Of a stretch of DNA of 64,000 nt, positions 1-12,588 are shown one piece after another; within the stretch, counting starts at the first letter, position 1, and each line of letters begins with the position of its first letter. Source of the stretch: Octopus vulgaris. Its lineage: Eukaryota. Position numbers and translations under genes: made by a program. The stretch spans positions 51,956,001-52,020,000 of the forward strand of contig OX597816.1 of NCBI GenBank assembly GCA_951406725.2. Reading direction: 5' to 3'. Under the pieces are notes generated by a model, which made no database searches, was not told where the DNA came from, and was given only the letters and a program-made list of their open reading frames with translations.

Positions 1-120
1 TCTAATGGATAGTTAAATCCAAAGGATCTCCTGGTTATTACCTGAGTAGGTACAGTCTTTTGTAAATTTGTACAGTAGGTGGTAGTTCAGTAGTTCGACC
101 GTAGTTTAGGTTACATACGG

Positions 121-363
121 GAAGAAAATAGATGCAAATAACAAGGGGAAACTCGTCGTTTTCGCTGGTACACCATTACCTATGTATCAATAATTTTCGC
201 CTTCTGACCGATGTATTAATCCATTTTTCGCATTCCGTAGATATTTACTAAAACTAGTAAATTGAAACGATCCTAAATGCTACGTTCTTCTTTGTTACTT
301 AATTAAATTAAAGACATACCAGCGAAAACAACGACTTTCTCCTTATTTACATCCATTTTCTTC
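121..363. mobile_element. MITE-like element with ~50 bp imperfect terminal inverted repeats
   Basis: 121-170 GAAGAAAATAGATGCAAATAACAAGGGGAAACTCGTCGTTTTCGCTGGTA is the near reverse complement of 317-363 TACCAGCGAAAACAACGACTTTCTCCTTATTTACATCCATTTTCTTC; non-coding interior. Confidence 0.5.
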
Positions 364-376
364 TCATATATATATA

Positions 377-612
377 AGTCCGTAAATGGTGGGGTTGTTT
401 TCACCGCAAGTGGAGAAATAATAGGAGAGGAAAAAATAATAACGCAGAATGCTAAATTGAAAGTAAATTTTAATAAAAATGGGTGTATGAAAAATTGAAA
501 AATTAAAAATTAAAATTTTTTTCTTTTTTTTCTTTTTTAATTTTTCATACACCCATTTTTATTAAAATTTACTTTCAATTTAGCATTCTGCCTTATTATT
601 TTTTCCTCTTCT
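377..612 (-). mobile_element. Fold-back remnant of a PLE pseudo-LTR end, related to the 26-31 kb element
   Basis: AAATGGTGGGGTTGTTTTCACCGCAAGTGGAGAAAT..GCAGAATGCTAAATTGAAAG resembles 26107-26210; arms ~423-500 and ~537-612 are inverted; TA tracts on both sides. Confidence 0.75.
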
Positions 613-922
613 ATATATATATATATATATATATGCAGAGGCAGGAAGACAGACAGACAGTGGATAGATACTTAGATAAATAGACTAAAAGACAGACAGA
701 TAGAGAGATAGATATGGATATGTATACATGCATATTTACACCTTATATGTGTGTGCATGTATGATGTATATATGTATGTATTTATGTATGTGTGTATGTA
801 TGTGTGTGTATGTAAGAATATATGTAATTTTGTATATATGTATGAGTTTGTTTGTATGTATACGTAATTGCGCTGAAATATATGCAATATAGAGCGAGTT
901 AAGATGTCCCATTTCCGTCTCA

Positions 923-1117
923 AATATTGCTCTTCAGAAAGCTGTGAACAACACTTTATCGTATTTCTTTGAATGCAGGTTCAGCAAAAGAAACCGATAG
1001 AATAAGTGCTAGGCTTACAAAGACTAAGTCCTGTGGTCGATTTGCTTGACTAAAGGCGGTGCTCCAGCATGGCCATAGTCATATGACTGAAGCAAATAAA
1101 ACAATAAGACAATAAAA

Positions 1118-1167
<50 letters not shown>

Positions 1168-1421
1168 TTTTATTGTTTTATTGTTTTATTTGCTTCAGTC
1201 ATATGACTATGGCCATGCTGATATCGTTTTATTGTTTTATTGTTTTATTTGCTTCAGTCATATGACTATGGCCATGCTGGAGCACCGTCTTTAGTCAAGC
1301 AAATCGACCACAGGACTTAGTCTTTGTAAGCCTAGCACTTATTCTATCGGTTTCTTTTGCTGAACCTGCATTCAAAGAAATACGATAAAGTGTTGTTCAC
1401 AGCTTTCTGAAGAGCAATATT
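923..1421. repeat. Near-perfect inverted duplication (~200 bp arms, SINE 3' end plus unique flank) centred on (TA)n
   Basis: 923-1120 is the reverse complement of ~1221-1421 with about 2 mismatches; an extra partial copy lies at 1162-1220. Confidence 0.9.
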
Positions 1422-1727
1422 ATATATATATATATATAATTTCAACAATTGAGGGTAAAATTAATTAATTATTAATCAATTTCACCAAGTGTTCAGTATG
1501 CAAAGGGACCATTTAAGGCGAATTCAAATTATTACATTATATAAAAGGGCTTAGTAAAATAAATTACTTTGCCGCATACTGAACTCATTAGAAATAGCAG
1601 CTAAAAAACTTTTTTTAAAGCTATTTCTAATACTTAAAGAAAATCTCTCTCATATATAGTGTTTGCTTAATTCAACTCACAAAAGTTTGGGGGTAAGGAC
1701 ATCAAAAAATCAAATGCTAAGGTTATT

Positions 1728-1779
1728 TGAGAACGTACGTTTCAAGATTAGTCATAACAACACTTCTATCATCAGCTCA
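1728..1779 (-). ncRNA. Minimal type-I hammerhead ribozyme (545-bp family)
   Basis: Minus strand: UGAG-CUGAUGA-stem II-GAAA-CGUACG-UU-CUCA; canonical core, palindromic stem III. Confidence 0.75.
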
Positions 1780-2128
1780 GAAACTCCTTGGTTTGGATTT
1801 GGAAACACTGAAAGTAAGAACATACCCTTTCGAAGATCCGCTCGTAACTAACAGTGCCAACAAACCCAAATAAGCAAGCGAAGAATTTCTGTTCTCCCCT
1901 TTCCACCAGCGTGGGTTAAAATCATCAAACACTATGCTTATTTCGGTAAAATCCGAAGCATTAATTAGAGGGAGATTAATTATAATTTCAACAATTGAGG
2001 GTAAAATTAATTAATTATTAATCAATTTCACCAAGTGTTCAGTATGCAAAGGGACCATTTAAGGCGAATTCAAATTATTACATTATATAAAAGGGCTTAG
2101 TAAAATAAAATCCAAACCAAGGAGTTTC

Positions 2129-2180
2129 TGAGCTGATGATAGAAGTGTTGTTATGACTAATCTTGAAACGTACGTTCTCA
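2129..2180 (+). ncRNA. Minimal type-I hammerhead ribozyme (545-bp family)
   Basis: TGAG CTGATGA TAGAAGTGTTGTTATGACTAATCTT GAAA CGTACG TT CTCA. Confidence 0.75.
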
Positions 2181-2672
2181 AATAACCTTAGCATTTGATT
2201 TTTTGATGTCCTTACCCCCAAACTTTTGTGAGTTGAATTAAGCAAACACTATATATGAGAGAGATTTTCTTTAAGTATTAGAAATAGCTTTAAAAAAGTT
2301 TTTTAGCTGCTATTTCTAATGAGTTCAGTATGCGGCAAAGTAATTTATTTTACTAAGCCCTTTTATATAATGTAATAATTTGAATTCGCCTTAAATGGTC
2401 CCTTTGCATACTGAACACTTGGTGAAATTGATTAATAATTAATTAATTTTACCCTCAATTGTTGAAATTATAATTAATCTCCCTCTAATTAATGCTTCGG
2501 ATTTTACCGAAATAAGCATAGTGTTTGATGATTTTAACCCACGCTGGTGGAAAGGGAGAACAGAAATTCTTCGCTTGCTTATTTGGGTTTGTTGGCACTG
2601 TTAGTTACGAGCGGATCTTCGAAAGGGTATGTTCTTACTTTCAGTGTTTCCAAATCCAAACCAAGGAGTTTC

Positions 2673-2724
2673 TGAGCTGATGATAGAAGTGTTGTTATGA
2701 CTAATCTTGAAACGTACGTTCTCA
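2673..2724 (+). ncRNA. Minimal type-I hammerhead ribozyme (545-bp family)
   Basis: Identical to 2129-2180, 544 nt downstream on the same strand. Confidence 0.75.
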
Positions 2725-2906
2725 AATAACCTTAGCATTTGATTTTTTGATGTCCTTACCCCAAACTTTTGTGAGTTGAATTAAGCAAACACTATATATG
2801 AGAGAGATTTTCTTTAAGTATTAGAAATAGCTTTAAAAAAGTTTTTTAGCTGCTATTTCTAATGAGTTCAGTATGCGGCAAAGTAATTTATTTTACTAAG
2901 CCCTTT

Positions 2907-2954
<48 letters not shown>

Positions 2955-4047
2955 AAAAATGCTAGTTCTAAAATCTCTCTAAGAGATCAACGCTGTAGTT
3001 GTACTAACAAGTAATATTCGTAACAGTAAATCGAAAGGTTTTACTTCTATTTTTAACCCCAAGAAGACATCTCCTCTAGCTGGTTGATCATGCCCAGCTG
3101 CAATATATCGCATGCAGCTGTTACATGTGTGAATTACTTTGTAACATGTGTCATGTTTTCTCGAGTTATTTTGCCTATACAATCGCGAGCGTGCGTAGGC
3201 ACCTTTTGATTCCCCTACCCTTGATTCAATAGAACATCGAAAATGTCAGAACTTGTCAAAGGTAAGGCGGCATCCGCACTCGGTTGGTATTTATTACAGC
3301 ACTGTAGATTGATTTTACGTGAAATGAATATTCTTACTCCATAGTACAATTCATCGCTCTGTCCAGAAGTCAAACTCTTGACATTGTAATCCTGAGCTCA
3401 ACATTTTTGCAATAGACTACACGACTTTGTCAGAACCTTGAAGGCAGTATTTGCCATTTTTGTTCTTATTTAGCGACTAGCCAGTGGCGGTCGAACAAAT
3501 CAATGAGAAAGCACAATCGAGAAATAATCACCCAATCTGTTTCAGGCCAGATGTTCTTCAGTTTATCAGATTATATTCCCTTAATAAATAGAATGCAAAA
3601 TTTATTTATCTACTCCTATCCTCATCCCACATGCATACGCCATGAAACATTAGAGCAGTCAATAATGGAGTGGACGTAGAATTAGGAGATGTTAGTACCG
3701 AAAATATAACACAAGAGAATTGTCTTGGTTAATAAAGACTTCTTTTCCACTGATACACAATTTGGAGGCGAAACCTATTTTAGTTACTCGATAATGTTAT
3801 TCAGCATCAACACAAGCCCAATATTGGATATTGCAAAACATATTGATCCGGTAGACAGCGTCCTTTTTTAAGAATATAATTGTTACAACCTTCATAGTAT
3901 GAATAATTATGAACAAATATTTACACTCCATCAAGTCGATGAATTGGGGGAGTCATTAGAGTGTTAGACAACGCTGTGGCGCATCAAGTGTTCTCAGAAA
4001 CCGGGGTCAAAAATAAATTTATCGATAAAATTGTTTTACACTTCTTT

Positions 4048-4295
4048 CCGCAGGCATATGGCGTAGTGATTAAGAGCGCCGGCTACTAACCCCAAGATTC
4101 CGGGTTCGATTCCAAGCAGTGACCTGAACAATAATAATAATAATAATAACTTCGAAAAATGCCTTAAGAATGAGAACGCAGGTTTGAAATTTCCCCAAGA
4201 CACCTGAAGAAGGCTGGAGGGTATATCAGCCGAAACTTTGTGTTAACAACAAACAAAATGAGGACAAATATCCGTCGAATGTAAATAATTTAAAT
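4048..4295 (+). mobile_element. tRNA-derived SINE with a hammerhead-containing tail
   Basis: A box TGGCGTAGTG, B box GGTTCGATTCC, (AAT)n, then an HHR motif; 19-bp TSD AATTGTTTTACACT(T/C)CTTT at 4029-4047 and 4296-4314. Confidence 0.85.
4199..4244 (+). ncRNA. Minimal hammerhead motif in SINE tail
   Basis: GACAC CTGAAGA A GGCTG-loop-CAGCC GAAA CTTT GTGTT (the 18.6 kb copy reads GAAACGTT). Confidence 0.65.
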
Positions 4296-5557
4296 AATTG
4301 TTTTACACTCCTTTATAACTGATTCCGGAGATGGGAAGACCGCTCTCTTAATTCCGTTTCTTTGCCACATCTTTGTAATCCGAGTTGCATTCCCACTTCT
4401 TCTCATTAGTATTCAAGTCTAAGCCCCACCTAAGTCTTATTAGCCTTTCATCGTTTCGGGAATCGATAAAATAAAATATTAGGCAAGCACTGGCGTCAAT
4501 AGTATCGACTCCTTGTTCCGCATCTCCCACAAATTGTTGACCTTCTGCCTGTTTTAGGAAACAATACCTACCTTCTTCGATTTTTATCCGTTTTCTTCAC
4601 GCATACTACATACTGCGTGTGTGAAGGACAAAAAAAAAACGAGAATGCAAGAAAGTAGATGACAATGGAAGTTCATTAACAAAGTTATCTAAATTAACTA
4701 ATTGAATTCTAAATTCTACAATGAAATACTAATCTTCGTTTTACATTATTTTTGTCTTTTATTTTGAAGACGTCTTTGGTGTCATAACATCATACGTGAC
4801 GTATCGCTACTTGAATGAAATAACCATTTTCTTTCAAATTATAATAATAGTGTTGGCAATATTCATGCATGACGTATTTGCTGCTCGATGAGACCTACTA
4901 ATCTACCATCTGTAATTTAGCAAGTCGACATTAACTTATTCACGCTACATATCTCCAATTTGATTCGGCAATTGTAATGACCAAATCAATTACACAAATA
5001 GTAATCTTTGATAAAAGTCAAGGGCGCGCAATCAAGAACAAAGAAGCTTAAAGCAGCATTTCATTCACATATACTTAGAGGCAAATCAGATCTAATCAGT
5101 CACTTTTATTGTAACAGGCAGGTCAAAAGAAGAAAGAAGAGAGGTTCAGCGCATGATATTAGCTTATCATTATGCGTTTGTCTATTATATACTATTAAGT
5201 TATTCTTAAGACTTGTAATCGCATTACGAAAACCATGTCTCTCTCACCTCTTGCTCCTGTGAAAATAATGCGCACTTTATGATTGCTTTCTGACACCGGA
5301 GAGTTTACACATCTTCCACAATTTGATTGATAACCTAGCTTCTTTCATAATGTTGCTTAATGTTTCTATGATAAATGTATACGAAAGTATGTGGAGAACA
5401 GGGCAATTGGATTGCAAAGCTGGCTCATCCTTATGATAATACATGGGGCTCTTATGATACTCTCTTGAACTTCAAACTTAGAAAATTATAATGCAGGAAA
5501 TTTAAAGACATCATAACTAACAAATCTTCATTCCCACCCTCTGACTCCTTTAACTAT

Positions 5558-5607
<50 letters not shown>

Positions 5608-5716
5608 TTTTATTGTTTTATTTGTTTCAGTTATATGTATATTATATACGTATATATATATAACTTTCTTTATTGGCCACACACACACACATACATACAT
5701 ACACACACGAACACAC

Positions 5717-5790
<74 letters not shown>

Positions 5791-5792
<2 letters not shown>

Positions 5793-6202
5793 TGTAGGAG
5801 TGGCTGTGTGGTAAGTAGCTTGCTTACCAACGAATGGTTCCGGGTTCAGTCCCACTGCCTGGTACCTTGGGCAAGTGTCTTCTACTATAGCCTCGGGCCG
5901 ACCAAAGCCCTGTGAGTGGATCTGGTAGACGGAAACGGAAAGAAGCCCGCTGTATATATGTGTATATATGTATCTGTGTGTGTATGTTTGTGGGTTTGTG
6001 TTTGTCCCCCCAACAGCCCTTGGCAACCAATGTTGGTATGTTTACGTCCCCGTAACTTAGCGGTTCGGCAAAAAAGACCAATAGAATAAGTAGTAGGCTT
6101 ACAAAAAATAAGACCCGGGGTCGATTTGCTCGAATAAAGGCTGTGCTCCTGCATGGCCACAGTCAAATGATTGAAACAAGTAACAGAGTAAAAGAGTAAA
6201 AG
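5791..6202 (+). mobile_element. tRNA-derived SINE family A (CORE-like), full length
   Basis: Head GGAGTGGCTGTGTGGTAAG..GGTTCAGTCCC, CORE-like ACCTTGGGCAAGTG, internal TA/TG tract, tail TGAAACAAGTAA; many copies in the window. Confidence 0.85.
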
Positions 6203-6204
6203 AA

Positions 6205-6450
6205 TATTGTTTTATTGTTTTATTTGTTTCAGTCATATGACTGCGCCCATGCTGGAGCACCGCCTTTAGTCAAGCAAATCGACCACATGTCTTAGTACTC
6301 AGTTCAAATCGACCACAGGACCTACTACTTATTCTATCGGTTTCTTTTGCCGAACAACTAAGATACGGGAACGTAAACACACCAGTATCTGTTGTCAAGC
6401 GATGCTGGTTGACAAACCCAGACACACAAACATGTACTCACACACAAAGA
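6205..6450 (-). mobile_element. SINE family A, 3' half, tail-to-tail with the previous copy
   Basis: Reverse-complement match to the family A tail. Confidence 0.8.
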
Positions 6451-6501
<51 letters not shown>

Positions 6502-7541
6502 TTGTGTGTATCTTTGTGTTTTTATACACACACATATATATATTTGCGTGTGTGTGCATGTATTTGTGTCAGTAAATTGGATTATTTCATAATTGGCGAT
6601 GAGTATGCCTGGCAAACACCCGCTGCATGAAATCTTTACGTATGACAGAATAAGCCTATTGACCAATAGATATATTCACTAGAATACACAGAGGTGGAAA
6701 CTGAGTACATTGCGCCTTCTACAGCATCCAAGTTCCCTGGTTATACCCAGTGTATCAGTAAAAAAAAATCCAAAGACGTTAGCTTCATATTTGGAGATCT
6801 GAATATACCATGTATTAATTTATGTACGAGAAAAAGAAAACGAAAGCGGAGAAACTGATATATAGTCATCAACGTATTAGAACATAATACAATCCTGAAC
6901 AATATCAAACTGAATTTCACCTACAATCGTTTCTATGCCCAATTAAAACAATTTGAGAAATCAAGTTAAATTAAATTGAATTAAATTTCTATATGCAATA
7001 TTTGGATATTTCATCAGGGGAATAATTTGATAGAAAGGAGCTACATTCTGTTGTGTTGTTTGACCATTGATAGACTTGGATATGTGCGTTTCAGCAATCA
7101 ATGCATTTTTTAAAAAACCGTTACTTATATATATGTAACTGCAAAGTTAATTCAATTGTGCGCATGCGTGTATAATGTGTTGAAAGAGCAAAAAAGAAAC
7201 TGTTAATTAGCTTAAAAGATATTTCGATAGAAGTTAAAAACATTATTCTTAAGTTACACTATTACTTAAGATAGATCGAATTGTCATTAAAGTATTTAAT
7301 CACTTAAGAAACTTAATTATAAGTCACCCAGTTGCAATCTAGAAATTATAGTTAAATAATAAATTATTATTATTATGATTTTTCTGTTTTAAAAACCATA
7401 GTTACGTATAAGTAATATTTTCCTTGCGTATTTGTGTGTGTAAATCAAATAGCAGAATATTACATCATCAATATATGGGTACAATATATTTGTTTACATA
7501 TTTTGAACAGATAAACAAAAGTAAAGCTAATATATTCACTA

Positions 7542-8126
7542 CTTAAGGCGGCGAGCTGGCAGAATCGTTAGCACGCCGGGCGAAATGCGTAGCCGTATTT
7601 CGTCTGCCGTTACGCTCTGAGTTCAAATTCCGCCGAGGTCGACTTTGCCTTTCATCCTCTCGGGGGTCGATAAATTAAGTACCAGTTACGCACTGGAGTC
7701 GATGTAATCGACTTAATCCGTTTGTCTGTCCTTGTTTGTCCCCTCTGTGTTTGGCCCATTGTTGGTAGTAAAGAAATAGGTATTTCGTTTGTCGCTACGT
7801 TCTGAGTTCAATTTCCGTCGAAGTCGACTTTGCCTTTCATCCTTTCTGGGTCGATAAATTAAGTACCAGTTACGCACTGGGGTCGATATAACCGACTTAA
7901 TCCGTTTGTCTGTCCTTGTTTGTCCTCTCTGTGTTTAGCCCCTTGTGGGTAGTAAAGAAATAGGTATTTCGTCTGTAGCTATGTTCTGAGTTCAATTTCC
8001 ACCGAAGTCGACTTTGCCTTTCATCGTTTCTGGGTCGATAAATTAAGTAACAGTTGCGTACAGGGTACGATCGAATCGACTGGCCCCCTCCCCGAAAATT
8101 TCGGGCTTTATGCCTAGAGTAGAAAA
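7542..8126 (+). mobile_element. tRNA-derived SINE family B with internal triplication (~185 bp unit)
   Basis: GGCGGCGAGCTGGCAGAATCGTTAG head; GCCTTTCATCCTTTCGGGGTCGATAAATTAAGTACC-like central domain three times; TSD TAATATATTCACTA at 7528-7541 and 8127-8140. Confidence 0.85.
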
Positions 8127-11100
8127 TAATATATTCACTAGTAAGAAATATTACCTATGTTAAACATAAGCTGGTTGCGATAGATTAAGTGATACAACCA
8201 TAAATTATAATGAAACATTTACATAACTGTTGTATTAGAGTGTAGAGACTTACGATAAATTTATGTAGAACATTTTTCTAATTATTACAAAGAATAATAT
8301 ATGAAAAATTCCATAAACTTCCATATACTTGATGGCTTCTTAAGACTGATTGAATAAAGTTGTCGTCACACCTGAACACTTGCAACAGAGAAGATTGCTG
8401 TATTGGTGCCCAGCATACCAGGTGGTTGTGCTAAACCAGGTTACCGTTTAAAGTCTAAGAACCAAGGTGACCACCATGGAATTTTAACTTAGATTACAAA
8501 GAAACGCAATAGATGCGGTAAAGTATCCGGTCTCGCGCTCCTGAAGATTCGACACGCTTCCATACGTGATTGATGCTGTATTTATCAACTCCGAAATGAT
8601 GAAAATATATGTTGGCCTCCGCAAAAACAGAACTATAAATAAATGCGGCGAAACATTCTATTCAGCGCTCTAACGGTTCTGCCAATTTGCTGCCAATGAT
8701 ATAAAAATGTATTGAGCATAAAGGAACTCGAGATATAAGGAAAATAATTTGTACAGCGCAAACACGTTGATATCTAATACCTGGAAAGCAGTCTAAAACT
8801 ACATTGCGATATATTTGATGAATTGCTGCAGTTTAGTTCATGTTTTATCGCCTCGTAAGGTATGATGGACTATACTGATTTGAACACGGGGATCTGAAGG
8901 CAAGTTAAATATTGTTAGTTATAATTACGCAATCAACCGTTTCTTTTACCTTTCCATCCTTGAAACAGCGCCAAGATGATATTTGCTTCAACAATTATTA
9001 TCAATTGAAACGTTTGTGAAGACAAAGGAAAGCAGTAATTACAAACAGAATTCAAACAGAAATCAACCACCTAACAACAACAACAGCAACAGCAACAACA
9101 AACTCAACATTTTTATAACGTAGAAGCATTTAACTATGACAAATAGCGTATTTCAAATCAAAAGTTAGTAGAATTACGGATCAACGATTACTAAATGTAC
9201 AAACTGTATGAAGCCAAATTAACAGAATGAGTCAAAAAAGATTTATAGAAACCACAAAGAATGAAAAAGCAAACCCAGAATGCAGGAAATTGATAATGAA
9301 CAGAGTTAGAAAATAAATGAATTACTGAATTCAATGGTGTTGACTGTATCGTTATAATCCTACTATTCTATAACCCAGTATATTAGCGAATCATGTTTGA
9401 TAATGCGTGCAGTTTTCGAAAATAAGAAATGTTATTTTAAATCATAGATTTAAGAAAAAAGAGGGAAATAATTAAGAAACCAACTAGAATGATAAAGAGA
9501 ATATTGAATGTATTCATGAAATAAAACCATGATGAATACACGTAAATTACGTTGAACGAATGAAAATCCAGTGGGTTAGTATAATTGTTAGAGCGTTGAG
9601 CATATTACCATGTTGTATTTAGTTTCTTTCCTTTGAGTTTCTTTATTTTAAACTCCATCGAAGCCAACTTTATGTTTTCATTCTTCAGAGTCGATGAATT
9701 AACTACTGGAGGAACTACATAAACAGATTGGTGCCAAGAAAGTTTACTTTTTACTATTATCATGTAACTGATGAAAAAGATATAAAGGCAAGCGCACCCC
9801 TCTTATTGAAGTAACGGTTAAGTTGTATACGAGTGGAAATTTTACTTAAGAGTTTATTATCAACGTAAAAGAGTTCGGGAGGGGACATTATATTTGAGTA
9901 AAAATGAGTAAACTGAATCTGTATAGAAGCACGTCAGGAAGTAAGTATTTACAGTTGAAAGATGCAGTCTTATTGCATTGAGTTTTGCTGATTCCACTTG
10001 AGAATTATGCTATCAGTATATGTGCCTGTGGAATACTCAGCCATAGTGGGTCGTACATCGAAACTGGCTGCAGAATCCATAATACATGATGCAGAGACAA
10101 CAGTCGAAAACTAATGAGACTGACGAGCGTCTTGCATGTTTTACGGTTGGAAATCAAATCCTATGTTTATTGCTTAAGCAGGTCTTGATTCCGTTGGAGT
10201 ACTTCAAGCAGACATATTCATATGGTCACGTGATCTATCCCACAAGATCTCACATCTGAAACAGTTAAAAACTATCTTGTTATTATTTTGGAGTGTTGTG
10301 TGAAATATATAATATATGCCCAAAGAATTGAATTAGAATGTTTAAAATGGAGCTTGGAGCTTAAATAGGACTATAATTAGAGTGAAGACTCATAAATGGA
10401 AGATATTGAGTTTTGATTGAAGACCAATTGGGTTGGATACGTGAGAACATATGTTTATGCTTTATGCTACCAACCTCATCCACTCGGATATTTAATGGAG
10501 TTATATAAAAAACAACAACACAATAGAACTAGAGAACAATGACAATGCGACATAGAAACATTAACATAAGCCAACGAAAGTCAAAAATAATATAGCAGCT
10601 GAGAATTCTTTTACATGTAGCGTAACAAATAACAACCTACAGACAATGAAGCAACAGCAACAACAATTGCAATGCCGATGATAAGCAGAACATAGACATT
10701 TAAGAAACAAAACATGCTAAACATAAAAAAAGAACATCAAACGTTATGTAAATCTACGGTTATTCCCTCAATGCAAAGTATATGTCAGGAATATCTTTTG
10801 TTATCTTGATGGTTGTTATTGTTGTTCATGTTCTTGCTTTAACTCAGTTTTGTGGCTTTTATTCTCCTCTAATCAATGTTGCAGCCGATTTTGTTTATAC
10901 CGTCAAGTTTAAATTCTATACAGCATAAGTGAGCAGGAATGAACAGTGTGAAAATACAGGAGAGAACATTTTCAAACTTTATATATATATATATATATAT
11001 GTCTCATTCTCTCTTGCCTTCTCTCTCTGTGTTTTCTCTATCTATGTATCCCGCCATCTCGTATATTTTATTGCATAATGTTCAAAAAAAAAAAAGAAAG

Positions 11101-12509
11101 AAATCAATGAATTGTTTGGCATTGTGTTAACTTCAGAAACTAAGTCATCGAAATTCACTTTAGTTGCAGCTCCTAGAATGTTTGAAGCTGTTTTCGTTGC
11201 AGTCATTTTTTTTTCTTTTTTACTTTGGTATTGGCATAGACAGTGATATTATTGTTACATTTGTTGCTCTGGCTGGCTTTAAAATTTCTCTAACTGCTAG
11301 CCATTTTTTCTCTTTGTTTTCGTGATGTTATCGGTTCATATTGGCTCTTCTTGTAGATATCTATTGTGTTAGACATATAACTATAACCTCTGGCGAAATG
11401 GCCATTTAACACACTCCTGCGTTTAGTATATTTGCTACTAGTCAGTGACACACTGTTAGGTGATCCTTCATTTTTGAACAATACCAGAAACTGTGTCTAT
11501 AGCATAAGGCATTGTTCTCATCGATCATTCTCGGACATCGAATCAACTAACTGATCAGAGCGCCGCCATCTTTTTTAGTGCGGCCTACACTTGGTAGAAA
11601 ATATCCTTAATCTACGATAGTTATCTCTAAGACAATCATTTCCGATAATTCAAAATATTCCAAGTAGTTTTCAAATAATGGCACTGCTAAAGGGAAGACA
11701 AATGTCCCTACCTTGAACATCTGGCAAAAGTTACTATGCCTATAACTGGATTTTCTTTAAAAAAAAATCATGATCTGGGATTATACATCAATCATGCCTT
11801 AAAAACAACTAACAGAGAAACAAAACAAGTTCTCCTGCAACACATCACCAGGACGTTTTCACGAATCACAAACTGCAGAATTATGTCTTGACATTGCTAA
11901 AAATTATTTATCAAATTTTAAAATTACATCTAACCATCCAAGATGAGAATGTAAGCAGACACATCGAAAAAGCCTACACAACTGTGTTTTATTGATTTTA
12001 AATTTACGCTGCACAACCACAATCAAACGCATCCAAAGAACCACTTTCTATATTATTTCCCATCGACATTTACACATAATTGCCAGTTCCTAAACCTTCT
12101 ATGATAGTCGAAACCCTATAGCATAGGCGGTACTGATATTATTGCTTCAAATGCCCTTAAATATTGCTCTCTGTAGGGACGTCTGTCCACACCAAACTCT
12201 TCGATGTCTGCATAGTTCGCAGCAAGGGCAATATTTCTAACCATACCATCCACCAACACATCGACTGCACTTGCAAAATCCCTAATGTATTTTTATAGTT
12301 AATAGCTAAATGTCAATACTAGGAACTCTAGCCAGAGGCCTCTAAGGCAGTTAGTGAAAAAAATGTTATAGGAAAGCAGGAGACATGCAACTTCAAAAGT
12401 ATTGCAATAGTGTAACATTTCATTTTCTAGTTAATGTAATGTGTTTGTCGTAATAAATAATACGAAATCAATCCTACAATCTCAATAAATTAACGATATG
12501 AGAATGTGA

Positions 12510-12588
12510 ACTCAGAACGTAGCGGCAGGCGAAAAACCGCTAAGCATTTCGCCCAGCGTGCTAACGATTCTGCCAGCTCGTCGCCTTA
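12510..12588 (-). mobile_element. SINE family B head fragment
   Basis: Reverse complement of the family B head. Confidence 0.7.

Larger units (their letters stand above)
1434..2913. mobile_element. Non-coding tandem plus inverted array of a ~545 bp unit with hammerheads (non-autonomous PLE or retrozyme-like)
   Basis: 1434-2109 is ~1.2 units (period 546), then 2108-2913 is ~1.5 units in the opposite orientation (period 544); near-identical copies; flanked by (TA)n. Confidence 0.85.

Noticed and set aside
4050-4125. Possible tRNA gene
   Set aside because: The acceptor stem does not pair and it lies inside a TSD-bounded element, so it is a SINE head
11560-12400. Possible decayed CR1-like LINE
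   Set aside because: Only faint peptide hints by eye; too degenerate to support
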